DNA of 62,923 nt, filler included, from Choristocarpus tenellus KU-1152 (taxonomy: Eukaryota > Protista > Phaeophyceae), in NCBI GenBank assembly GCA_964200185.2. It is 11 parts of 11 records of this genome, joined end to end, with 100 filler letters (N's around TTAATTAATTAA, not from the genome) between each part and the next. Parts side by side here need not be neighbours in the genome. Positions count along the whole stretch, not along the records: positions 1 to 7,229 come from CAXNAD020006505.1; positions 7,330 to 11,914 come from CAXNAD020013904.1; 9 more parts are not named here. One strand, written 5' to 3'. Under the pieces are notes generated by a model that was given only the letters and a program-made list of their open reading frames with translations, was not told the DNA's origin and ran no database searches. The position numbers and the translations under genes are program-made. Positions 1 through 11,561 of this stretch are shown in pieces. How positions within the stretch are numbered: position 1 is the first letter of the stretch; each line of letters opens with the position of its first letter.

Positions 1-15
1 GATGATGGGATGAAG

Positions 16-52
<37 letters not shown>

Positions 53-649
53 GAAGGGGGCAGGGCTGTTGTCAAGCAAGCGCAGAGAAAAGGTCGTTAG
101 AATTGAATTGTACTGAAAGTTGAAGAGGTTACAAATATCTACTACTTCGTGTGCAAGCTAGGGTTAGGGTTAATAGAAAAGTACCGAGAACATACTGAAT
201 TTCTAGCAATAGTTACCATCAATACCATCAACTATTTATGACTTTGTGGTCTAGTAGTGGGAAAGCTTTACAGTTGGCCAATGCACATCCAGGAATGCAC
301 ATTAAATAAAATAAGTTTGTTTGTTTTTTAAGGGAAAGGGCTCTGCGCTAATCTCCCACTTGACCCAACTCACCTCTTAGTGTTTCGGTGAACTCCTCTA
401 CATCACAATACACGTGTGCACACTAAGAGCAAATATTGTCAACAAACATTGCCAACATCTGGAAATGCTGAAACAACTACATGCACCAAGCTAAACACTG
501 ACAGATAATGCGCAGGTCCTTATCTTACCAAAAATTAGCAATTACCACCAAGGAGGATGAATACAAAGGCGGAACTCACCAAAATCCTAGTCTCTACACA
601 CTCAACATGCCGCTTGTCAATTTTCCCTCCTGGTGATGTACACACAAAA

Positions 650-680
<31 letters not shown>

Positions 681-726
681 CATCATCACCATCATCATCA
701 TAAGTAACCAAGAACTAGAAAGATGA

Positions 727-893
727 GGGTCAAAGTATCTGGGGGGGGGGGGGGGGGGGTCGGCGTCCGTTTTTCACTTTTTTGGTGTGATTTGGTCGCA
801 CGTGTCAGATTTGAAATGTGAGCAAAAAAAAGAGTTGTTTGACCGAAACGGATGCCCCTCACAAACCACCTACCCCCCCAGATACTTTGACCC
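727..893. mobile_element. MITE family 2 (poly-G/C sub-terminal tracts), complete copy
   Basis: TIR GGGTCAAAGTATCTGGGGGGG ... CCCCCCCAGATACTTTGACCC, flanked by ATGA on both sides. Related termini occur at 7209, 34454-34635, 58402 and 62814. Confidence 0.8.
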
Positions 894-1903
894 ATGAGGA
901 TTGAACAAGTTGACAATCAATGCAGACACGCACAACTCCGCCACTAAACAGGTGAGGTTAGGACGGAGACTCCTATCCCAGCTCTCACCTACAGTGCTCC
1001 CTTTCGCAGAACATTTCAAAAGACAATTTGTACCCTCTGCCACTACAGTTGCTTGCAAATATGCCCAGGAGGAAACGCGTGTAAGATGAGGGTATACCTT
1101 CCCTGTGGCCAGCCAATATGAAAGAGCAACCCAACCCCAACAAGCATTGTTAACAAACAAACACCCCTCTTACACAACAGAAAGCATGGACTGAACTACA
1201 GCACCAAATCATCATTTTGTTTCACAGGCATGCAATGTGAGCCATTTCATAACACATCATACTGAGGCCAAAAGAGTTTAAGGCCCGTAGCACCGACAGC
1301 ACTGTCTCCAATGGGAAATAGCCTACAGGACACATTCAGTCAATCAGGTGCATTCACCCCCCCCCTCCACCCCCCCACCCCCCCAACAAACTACCCCTAC
1401 AAAGATGTCAAGAGTTCACTGAGGACCCAGCTCAGCAATAGTATGCCAGAGGGTCTTACTTGCTAGAACGAAAAACACAATACCATGTAGGACATCAGTG
1501 AAACCCACAGATGCCACACCACAATACATCTGTGCACTATACAAACAGATACACCTTCACAACCAACACAAATCCCCCTACATTCTGACAGTAACCTTTT
1601 TCTATTCAACCGCGTCTGCAGGCAAGGCAGGCAAGGCAAGATAGGATCCACGGGAGGGCAAGCAAAGGGTCTCGTCTCACACACAGAATCCCAACATCTC
1701 TACCCATACCCTCTCCCAATTCCCCTGCAACTCTGCACAAAAAAAAAAGAGGGAGGATCAAGCCTTCCATGTACAAGAACAAGGGTAGGTCTCCACGGCC
1801 CAAGGAACGCAGTGGTTCACCACACCATCAATACCCTCATGATCTATACCCTCCCCATCGACAATATTACCACCGCCTTCCTCACCCTCTCTCCACTGCC
1901 AAC

Positions 1904-4130
1904 CAGCGAACGCAGCCTGGGGGCAGTGTAGGTCACGATGTTACGTGGAGCCCTTCGTGTGTCCTTCTTAAAGTACCCCGTGTCGTAGAGTGCCTCTGGG
2001 TCATCTACACAATTTCAAAGAGAGCGGAGCAAGCATTGAGAGGAGGGGCTTTTCAGAACTGTGATTCTAGTGTCGCGTTTTTGTGCACATGACTCACTGA
2101 AACTCCAGACTTCCTCACTGCGCTCCAATACATGCTCTTGGCAGCTGCACTTCTGAGCTATAGAGCGAACCTTTTTTTTTTTCTTTTCTTTTCTTTTTTC
2201 TTTTTTTGCTAACGTTCTGGAACGTATAATCTCCATGGTATCTTCTATTTTTCTCAAGCATTATGATACTAATTTTCCTCTTGACCGGAACAGTCTTTCA
2301 ACGAGCACGAGCGTTTCATCGGCTGCCATCAATCACGCACCCGTACAAAACAAAATACATAATATGCATACTCTGATACTTGCTTATGAGTCACAGAAGA
2401 AGCACACACAGCGCACAAAAATGAATGAAAGGCCAGCCAACTTTGGAAAGGGAAATGTCGGTATGCTCCAGCAGTGGTACATTTTACAATTTCGTGTCAA
2501 GACTGCCAAAGGACAAAGAGGCAATGATGCCACTGATGACTCGGAACAGGCGCTTGCACCCGCAATGAAGTAGGGTTAGGGTTAGGGTTAGGGTTGGGGT
2601 AGAGAATTGTGCACTCTTTATGCCTGCGATTCTTTTTTTTATATTCTCGTATGTCCCGGCAAGCACGAGAACGCCACGCTGCAATAGGAAAACGAATGAA
2701 TAACGCCTGATCCAATAGTCTCCCATCGCAAGACAGGCATGTCCGGATTTCACCTCACAAAGAGTGTGATGGCTGGGGGCTGGGGGTTGGAGGAGGGATT
2801 ACCTGAGGTGGGGACATTTGCCATTGGCCGTGAGTTGGGTGCAGGGTATCGATAGCCCTTGATGCGGTCTACCCCAGGGAGCTTGGCCTCTGCAGGCGGA
2901 ACCTGTATCCAGTGAAGTGAGGGTAGCACACACAGATTCATCCTACCTGATAGTAACACACACCGTAGTCATCTTGCATTGTGCGCCTATTTTTTTGTAA
3001 CTCCTGTGTTATACACCCTATTTTCGAGTTGCTCACACAGAGTAGAAGCAACCAAAAACAAAACTGTCCCTGCAGGAGTGAGGCTGTCTAAAAAAATCAC
3101 CACAGCGGAGCAAAAGTCGTTTTTCTTTAAAAAAGAAAAGAAAAAGGGGGTATTACGGTCCTTTCTGGGGATCCTTACAATGCAACCTTATATGCCTCTC
3201 TGTTCAAATCACTCAGAGGGACTGTCACTAATGGAAAGGTCGTCAACATAGCATCAGGATGATGAGGGTCATTGGTCAGGGATTGCGGTGAGGTTTGACT
3301 CGCTGGGTTTTCAAGGTTCCTAATGTGGAGGGGAGGAGAGAAGCGTCATTTTCACGGAACAGATGGTAAGTGTTGGAAAACTCAGCCCTTGTCCAGGCGA
3401 GGACGCGATTATGGTACTGTGACATGTAGTAGGACATACACGCTAGACTTCTGAAAAATTATTATCCCATCTTGTGCACATGATAGTACGGTGATGTACG
3501 GCAAGACAAGGGGAGTAACAAGGGGCCCAAAGCCCAACAGCTCAGCACATCGTGATTTAACTCTTCCACAACTCCCTCAGCACAAGACATGGTGAGCCAA
3601 TCAGGTTGCCAAAACAGACCACAACAACGCCCTGTGAGAGGAAACAAATATGAGAGGATGTGCTACCTGTCCAGTTCCTGAATGCGTTCCACACAGTCGA
3701 TCTGAAACAAGACTGTGTCGATCTGAGACAAGACTGTGTCGATCTGAGACAAGACTATAGTCTTTTGGTGGAAGGTTTGCACACATTCGGCTTGACTCAG
3801 GTGCCAGCCACTGAAGCTCACCAAAAATACGTTCCCCTTCCCATTCTAATATTAGTTATTTCCTTCTGTTTCTGAGTGCGTGCGATACACTTTCATCGCG
3901 TGTATCAGCACTCAATACAATCCCAGAAGCATGGCCAACACCAATATCGGCATGTGTTTACTTCTCTGGTAGTGTGCAACTCTCCAGCCTCTACACATTT
4001 GATTTCCATATTATCTTATCAACTGTCAGGTGGTGACAATTGTCTCTCGGATTGTTGGAGTGAGCCTTACCTGCGACAGGCGGTGGGGGTCATCCGGCTT
4101 GAACTCCCACACTCTTCGGATCTGCGTCAT
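1904..4130 (-). CDS. NDUFA7: Mitochondrial complex I accessory subunit B14.5a/NDUFA7-like (3' end uncertain)
   Basis: Phase-compatible GT-AG exons: 4130-4071 (MTQIRRVWEFKPDDPHRLSQ), 2902-2803 (VPPAEAKLPGVDRIKGYRYPAPNSRPMANVPTS) and 2004-~1904 (DDPEALYDTGYFKKDTRRAPRNIVTYTAPQAAFA). The YRxPxP ... VPTSxxPExLYDxxYFxxDxRR pattern resembles plant/fungal B14.5a as I recall it. The last donor and terminal exon are not resolved. Confidence 0.7.
2571..2597 (+). repeat. Interstitial (TTAGGG)n telomere-type repeat, ~4 units, intronic
   Basis: tagggttagggttagggttagggttgg read directly. Confidence 0.85.
3696..3758. repeat. 21-bp tandem repeat x3 (GTCGATCTGAGACAAGACTGT), intronic
   Basis: Three near-identical consecutive units. 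Confidence 0.9.
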
Positions 4131-4651
4131 TGGCGGATGTGTGTTTATTTCGTGAGGAGCAGGAGGACAACACAAAAGAAAGGTTCGCCAACAGATGGGG
4201 AGGGAACAAAGGATAAATCCACATTATTCAGTTGCACGAGGTTTCGATTGTTGGCTTTCAAGGACATCAGGGACGGTTTGTGGGGGGGATTGCAGACCCG
4301 AAGCTGTCAAACTACCAGCAACAAATTTGCAAGAGAGGTTTAAACCAACACCATACTTTCAGTCTAAACACTCCTAATAATCGAAATGACCATACGGTCG
4401 CTCGCACCTCTAGATCATGTTCAGTGACACTTGATTGAAAGACTAGCACTATACCATTGTCTTGTCCAGAGGGAGAACTACAACTACAATATCATAAAAG
4501 ACGCCACACGCGTGCTACCCAATTCATTTCCACTATTTTCTCTGCCTTGTGCACATATAAATTTTGTCCGACCATGCGCAGATAATAAGAAACAAGGATC
4601 GCAGCACTTTCGAATACATACAGGTGTTTCACCCCAGCACTTCCTGATACG

Positions 4652-6091
4652 ATGCACAAGTGCTCCCCCACAATTTCACCGAGAACGGCTGACCTTACAC
4701 CATCGGCTGCGCGCGTAAAAAACTACAGGTTAGTATTCCAAAGTCATCATTCGAGTGCACAGAAAAGGACTAGTCGCATATGGACCCTTCCTCCACTTCA
4801 CCCGACGAACAATAGCGTTGCCCATCGTCTCGGTCATGCCGAACATCTCCCCCTTAAACTCAGATCATCATCATTTCCTAGCTAAGTTCATGCAAGGGCA
4901 TGCACCCTGACATTACGAGGTTGCATTTCCGCCCCACACAACCGACATCCCCTCTCCCTCTTGACAGCACTTATCCATCACCAATTTCGGGGAATCGTCT
5001 ATTTCACACCTTTTCTGTGATGCTCTTTGGTAAGAAGCGGGAGTACAGCCCCTCCCCAACCTTCGCCATGGTCAACCGAGGACTTTTGTTACAGTAATGC
5101 TTACTCCAACCCAACCAATATTATCGACCTAAGTCATCAAATCAAGTCCATATTACACGATCAGGTTGGGGAGTGGGTACTTTATGCGAGGCATTCTAAT
5201 AACGTCCTGTATATTTTGAAGTTGTTCATTACAATTTTTTATAGTAAAATTTCGACAAGGCACCATAATTCACAGTTGTGAAGACAAATGAAGGTAACTC
5301 GATCCCGAAGAAGGACTGCGGACCAGCACGGATGCGATGGTTCCATATTGATGAGAAGATGGATTCGCTGTCGAAGTGTATGGGGTCTTGCCGTGGTTGG
5401 ATTTCTGTCCCGAGTGGAGTTCGTGAACCCTAATGGGCTACAATCAGGGAGACGGGGACCTATGTGGATGAAGGAGACAGGCCTAGAGGTGTTTATTTTA
5501 GTCAAGACTTACATCTACGTGATTCCAAATGTAGTTATTGACTAGCTGGTATCAGTTTCCCTCCCGATAATCGAATCGGGAGTCATCTTTCCAATCATCA
5601 CCCCTCACATGCTTCAAATTGTGGACACAATTCTTGCCCCAACCGTTGCAGGAACTTGGTAGGTTTTATCATGGGAAGAAAAATGGACATTCAATCCTGG
5701 GATCCATCTTAGAGGCACCCTCTGGGCTGGGGGAAACCAGCAGGTACAAGTGAAGTCGACAATCTGTTACATCGTATTTCTGAGATCAAACACGCATAGA
5801 AATACATACAGAAGTGTAGGAGTGCGCATCCATTGATCGATAAGGATCCAAAGTGCCTTGAGAATTCCTTCTACACAATGTGATGCAAGGATCCCCCTGT
5901 GGTCTGTGTTGCTCTTCGGCCCAAGTTTCAAACCTCTCACTTGGTGTTTTCTCTACCCTAAGTTAATGTGGGGTCCATGACTTCAACTTCCCACTCCCCA
6001 TAATATTGCCTGTCACCATAACCCACAAAGATTGAAATTTATCAGTCCCAAATGATGTTCACATGTCCTTTTGACTCTATCGCCTGTCTTT

Positions 6092-6125
<34 letters not shown>

Positions 6126-7100
6126 TGCATCCATGGCAGGAGTGGGGAGGGATTTCAACCTTACGCCAACAATGGTGGGACTGTTGTGGCCGTTGCCGGT
6201 GAGAACTATTGCATCATTGCTGCAGATTCGCGCCTTAGCGATGTCGGGGGATACTCCATCCTCAGCAGGAACGTAACACGAGTTCATCGCCTGTCAGAGG
6301 ATGCTTTCATTGCTACTGCAGGTTGCTGGGCGGATACCCAGGGCCTGTTGCACCTGCTTCGGGTGTGTAATACTGCTGCCATGCCATAGAAAATGCTTAA
6401 TTTAGCTATGCTGGAGATTACAGAAGGAAATTTTTGTTTTATATATTGACCAGATTTGAATACCAGTGTCGTAAGCTCTTGGATTGGATATGCCTACTGC
6501 ATGCTCCATTGCCTCTTTCAGCAGGAAAGAGACGCCTGGTGGGAGTATACCATGGTATTGAGTGAGTGTTGGTGCTTGATATCAGACCTCACTTCCTTTA
6601 AATCAAGATTTCCCTCACCTCACTGAATCTCCCATGTCCAACACCTTTCCTCCTCTCTGCTCTCTCACTTTTATTTCTTGTGGAAGCTACTCATTCTCAG
6701 TGATACCCCGTTCCAGCATCACGCCCAGCAATATATATAGTCATCACATTTTCTGGACGCGTGTGGACTACTTTGTTCTTAATCATGCAAGAACTTGAAA
6801 TTCTCCAGACAAGACGCACCCGTAGGTGGTATGAAACAGTTCCAAGATGTTAAACGAGTTCCAACCTTCTTCTACATCCCCAGCAAACTCGATCTTGTAT
6901 TTCCACGAGCCCCCTCCCTTATCCTTCTCGTGTAACCTCTTACGTGGTGATTGGACAGTACCTGATTCGTGATTATGAGTCACAACACCGTTGCTCCATG
7001 GGTACCGCCACAGCTAGCCGGATGCTGAGCACGCACCTGTACTATCGGAGGAGCTTCCCGTTCTATACGTTCAATATTTTGGGTGGTCTCGACAATCAAG
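4652..7100 (+). CDS. PSMB1: 20S proteasome subunit beta-6 (beta type-1/PRE7/PBF1), 3' part off-contig
   Basis: Exons 6140-6362 (SGEGFQPYANNGGTVVAVAGENYCIIAADSRLS...LLHLLR) and 6959-7100 (YLIRDYESQH...LSTHLYYRRSFPFYTFNILGGLDNQG). FxPYxxNGG and LYxRRxFPxYxFNILGGLD are beta-6 hallmarks. A tentative first exon at 4652-4728 (MHKCSPTISPRTADLTPSAARVKNYR, donor AG|GTTAGT) is phase-compatible and would give a ~30-aa propeptide. Confidence 0.88.
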
Positions 7101-7208
7101 GTGCACCTTCCAGTGTAGATGGTCCTGCTGTCACTTGTATTGGAAATTGCACCGTTAGGAGAAGGGCCAGTTTTGTGCCGAGAAACTGCTTTGGGGTACA
7201 GAACAGAA

Positions 7209-7229
7209 GAGCCAAAGTATCTGGGGGGG
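7209..7229. mobile_element. MITE family 2 terminus, truncated by contig end
   Basis: GAGCCAAAGTATCTGGGGGGG immediately before the spacer. Confidence 0.65.
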
Positions 7230-7329
7230 NNNNNNNNNNNNNNNNNNNNNNNNNNNNNNNNNNNNNNNNNNNNTTAATTAATTAANNNNNNNNNNNNNNN
7301 NNNNNNNNNNNNNNNNNNNNNNNNNNNNN
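7230..7329. other. Artificial contig spacer N44-TTAATTAATTAA-N44 (also 11915-12014, 16068-16167, 22096-22195, 29858-29957, 33811-33910, 38248-38347, 41727-41826, 54975-55074, 58230-58329)
   Basis: The same 100-bp block occurs ten times, and TTAATTAATTAA gives stop codons in all six frames. Genes run off the contig ends and do not continue across the spacers. Confidence 0.97.
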
Positions 7330-7734
7330 GCATGGTCTGTCCGGTATCCTCGTAAAAACAGAAAAAAAAAAAAAGTGTTTGGTGGAGGGGGGGGGGGGGG
7401 GGGTGGGGGGCTAGGGCTACTGATCATCATGTGGCCTATTGTACTTGGAATGGTATCTGTTCTTCAGTGTGTGCAGGTACAGATTCACATTTGACTGCCA
7501 ACGCCTCTGCTGGTGTTCATCACAGTTTCATTTTTGGCGACAAAGGGACAGGTTCAACATGGACAAGTGGGAACACAATAGAGCTACTTCAAATATTTGT
7601 CATACATGAAGCGCATGTAACACTTTGCTAGAATGGGTACCTTGCATGGACCAGTCCTGAGTGGAATTATGGTATGCGTGGGTGAATTTGTGCTAAAGGG
7701 AAAAATGGTTTCTTAACTGGCGGCTAGTAATTGA

Positions 7735-7994
7735 GAGTGAAAGTATCCTAGAGGGTACGAGTTTTGCCCTGTTTGTCTGTTTGGGGCTTGACTTCCCATG
7801 GGTTTTTTTAATGACATTTTCCTACTCCAAAATGTTTCGGAGCAGGTCAAATGTTTATGTTATGAAAAGGTGTGTCCGTAACAAGGATATTGACACTTCC
7901 TAACAAGCACGATACGCAAAATTACATCAAAATCGCAACACTAGAATTTGGGTCCCAAACGGACACGGCTCTAACCTCTTAGATACTTTGACTC
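7735..7994 (+). mobile_element. MITE family 1 (~255-265 bp, PIF/Harbinger/Tourist-like), complete copy
   Basis: TIR GAGTGAAAGTATCCTAGAGGGTA ... TAACCTCTTAGATACTTTGACTC with a TGA/TGA 3-bp target duplication. The interior is alignable with the copies at 34953, 53079, 61444 and 62464. Confidence 0.85.
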
Positions 7995-8377
7995 TGATAC
8001 ACATAGTAGTGTCTACATGTCAACATTTGTATGTGTATGGTTTATCTTGGCAAGACATTAAAAAAAGTAAACTGTATCTGGCAATACATGTATGAGACAA
8101 AGACTTTGGGCAGGAAAGTCGTGGGAACTCTCCTTCTTTGCCACGAGAATCCTCCATTGCAGGGCAATTTTGAATCGATACAAACTACTTCAAAGCACCC
8201 ATTAGGTAGTATAGAACCCCAAAAGTTGGTGATTTTCTGTTGCTTCCGTGTGAAATAAATTTACTACAACAAGATAGGGGCACCTTGAACAGCAGGTATG
8301 ACGGCATTTTGCCATGTCTTTCTTGAAGTAAAAAAAAAACTCGGGTGTTGTGCATGCAATTGGCTGTACCTGGTGTT

Positions 8378-8526
8378 ATGCAATTGAATTGGTTAAAAAA
8401 CTATAAACTATCTTTTGAATCTATTGATAGTACTAATTCAGAAGCATTGCGTTTAGCAAGATCAGGCACAATTGAAAATTATGTTATTTTATCTAAGAAT
8501 CAGATTAATGGTAGGGTTCAAAGAGG
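8378..8526 (+). pseudogene. birA: Fragment of bacterial (Rickettsiales-like) biotin-protein ligase N-terminus
   Basis: Translates as MQLNWLKNYKLSFESIDSTNSEALRLARSGTIENYVILSKNQINGRVQRG. It has the BirA xDSTN motif and a degenerate QxxGRGxxG biotin-binding loop, with no N-terminal HTH. GC is about 28% by hand count, much lower than the host exons, and similarity stops after ~50 codons. Confidence 0.72.
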
Positions 8527-9604
8527 ATGTGACACAGCAGCTTTTACAACAGTACATACATATCCTCAACGGCCACACCTAGAGAACCTCTTGACATAAC
8601 CTCATTCACTGCTATTTGTGCCATTTCCTCGGGTTGGACCAGAGCAAAACAAAATGTAGGAGCAGCACATTACACTGTAGACTCATGAGACCGCCTTGCG
8701 TCCTAGAGTTCAATCACCCCCAAAAGACCTGTGGTACCAATTTACTACTGCACACACACATACATAAATATATGTGTATGTATACATGCAGGTATACTTT
8801 GGAAGAATAAATGTATCATAGTGCATCTAAGAGGGGCAGTGTCACTGTCAGTGATACTTCATGCTCCAAATCGCATTGCCTCCTTCCCAAGGTTGGACTT
8901 AATCCAACCAAGCTTGAGATGAAGCACGTACTTGGACAACATGCGAACACCATGGTCCAACAACAGAGAACGTTGTGCTAGTGAGGAAAATACCTTTCAA
9001 TATGGAGAGGCCTTAGGTTTCCCCCTCTGACCCTGACTCACCTCATTCAGAATCTGGAACAGAATAGAGATTTTGGAAGCACTATATCCTTATGCTAACC
9101 ATCACGGAACTGCTGAACACTGTTGGCAAACAGACATCATCGCACCTCAAAACAAACACTTGCTTCATGACCTATGGGTCGACACTAGCAAGAAGAAGGT
9201 CAAAACAACGGACCTTGGATGATTCCAGGACACAAAAATATATAAAGGTATTGATAGCAGGTGGGAGGTGGCAGAGACCGGTGTCAATGTAGTCAAACAG
9301 AGGTGACCAAGACACTCAAGAATATACACTTCCAAGGGCCCAGAAGATAGGCAAATTTGCAGCAGAGTCATTACTCTTCAAGTCCACCAATATTGTACCC
9401 AAGCCCAACTTCTCCTATCTATTACCTATTAAGTTTCCACCCTGACAAGTCTCATCAACCTCCCCCAGCAAAGTCCTCATCGTATCTCAACCCACCTCTC
9501 CCATTCCAGTCCTTGTCAACCCCTCTCTGTAAGTAGGTTCTACACCAACCCCATCAAGAACATTTTGAGCCCCTTGACTTGTACAGTTTCGGAATGGCCA
9601 CAAT

Positions 9605-11450
9605 TCACCCCGACTCTAACTTCTCAATTCTATTTCTTTGTTTCTCAAGCATGGCTCTCTCATTCTCCAGCATGGTTTCAACATTTCTCAGTGCATCTTC
9701 TGCTGAGATCAAACCTGGCTCCCACAAGCAGTTGCCACTGCTGTTGCTCAATCTCTTCCGTCCACAATAACGTGCTGCCTCACCTTCATCATCAGTAGTG
9801 ACCTCATTGCCATGCCTGCCGACCTGGCACCTTCGTCCTCCTCTCCTTTTAACCCTGCAACGGCAATCCAAGCAACAGTGCTCCTTGTTTCGTGGGTGAA
9901 TCTTATGCCAAATTTCATGGCATTCACCCTCCTTCATCAAGGACGCCATAACTCTTGGTGCATATGTGACCCTGTGCCTTCTATCCTTTACCTTGACAGT
10001 ATGCCCATTGGTATCAGCACATTGACAAGCAACAGTGTTGGTATTTTCCCTGTCTTCTTGTTCACCAAAACTATGACTTATTGTCATACACTCCCCCCTA
10101 CCCCAGTTAGGCACAGTTCCACTCCCATCTCTATTGCTCCAGCTTCTTTCATCTCCAGCCTTGATCTCATCATTGCTCTGGCGACATTCAAGCGGACAAT
10201 CAACATCCTTCAACCGGCTTCTTATGGTGCTGCCATCAGGCGAGAAGGCAACGGACTGTCTCAGCGCCTTCGATATGCTTCTAGGCGAACGGATCTCGTA
10301 AGATGCGGTGTCGAGAGCATTCTTATAAGAGTATTTGTGTGCTTGCATCCCATCACCTGTCTGGGATGATTCCTGATGCGCTAAGGTCCTGAGCTTGTCA
10401 GTCAAACGGACTGTCTTGACCCCACAACTTCGTGCTTCAATCTTTTCCCCACATTCCATTCCCATTGGATCCACATCCTTTCTATCTACCCCTACTGTCG
10501 TCCTGAGCAGCAATGCCCTCGCCCTAGCTGCCTCTGCTTCTACCTTCGCCACAAACGCAGCCAGCGCTAGTTGTGTCCGAACAGCGTTTCGAAGCTGGTC
10601 CATCGTCGGGTGGTCTGCTTCGCCTGCCTTGCTTTCCCCGCTGGGCATAATACCACCCACAGTTCTGCTACTGTTTGACTTCATCACTCGTGCACCGAAC
10701 AGTTTAAAGCGCAGTGTTGGTTTTACAGGTGGCGCAACGCATGCGGGTTTGAAGTTTGAGGCGTCACAGGTTTCTCTCCTGGGACTTGTGTCCTGTGTCT
10801 CGACAGCAAGGAAGTACGGCCCAGGTTTTTGACAGAGCGGGCAACGGTACGAAAATGATGCCCTTGGAGTACAGGACTCTGAATCTGTGGTGCTCCGGTC
10901 CAAGGGTCTTTGTGAGAGGGTGACCGTGAGGATGTGCTCGTACCACTGCAATATGCTGTAAAAAGAAAGGGGTGCAGGCAAGCGTTTCGCGTCCATCATC
11001 GAGGCGAAATGATTTCCAAGAGTTTCAATTTTAGCCCTCCATCCTTCCCTAGCGAGAGGGAGGATTCACGATACTAACCTTACCTATCACACAACATAGC
11101 GCAACTCACCAATCATAGCAGTAAGTATGAAGGCAGCTGCAGAGAGTCACAGGACTGACAAAGCGCCCCAGGCAGATTGGGCAGTTACTTTCTAGCTCCC
11201 TCATCCCTCGTTCCCTGCAGTCTCCACCCGAGTCTTCATCGCCATCTTCCCTAGCTCCAACGTCGTCCACCCTACCCTCAACCTTTGCTACCCAAGTTGT
11301 TGGGGATATGTCCGGGCTGTGTGGATTTTCGGCCTTGAGGAAGACGGGGTGCGCAACGCACTCGAAGCCCGGGGGAACTAGCGAGCTCCGCGAAATTGTT
11401 CGGAGGGAAGAAACCCTTGAGGCAACCCTTGGTCGTTCAGAGGCATCCAT
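9605..11450 (-). CDS. C3HC4 RING-finger protein (putative E3 ubiquitin ligase)
   Basis: Exon 11450-11110 ends CPICLGRFVSPVTLCSCLHTYCYD-C (TG|GTGAGT) and is joined in phase to an exon starting at 10955 (cag|C, ILQWYE...YRCPLC), completing the RING. A long open frame continues to 9605; further splicing near the 3' end is possible. Confidence 0.8.
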
Positions 11451-11561
11451 TCCAACACAGCAGTTTGAAAGTTGGTGTAAAATTGGTGATTTTACACACA
11501 GCCACGTAGCGCTACAAGAAAAATACAACATAATGTATCATAACTTCTAACTTTCCCCTTT

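Noticed and set aside
7274-7285. TTAATTAATTAA palindrome recurring ten times as a possible regulatory site, att site or piggyBac target
   Set aside because: It is always centred in an identical N-padded 100-bp block, so it is a bioinformatic linker.
9812-10832. Long antisense ORFs (9812-10369 and 10395-10832; similarly 14086-14694, 24494-24958 and 30448-31089)
   Set aside because: They are shadow frames of GC-rich real exons on the opposite strand.
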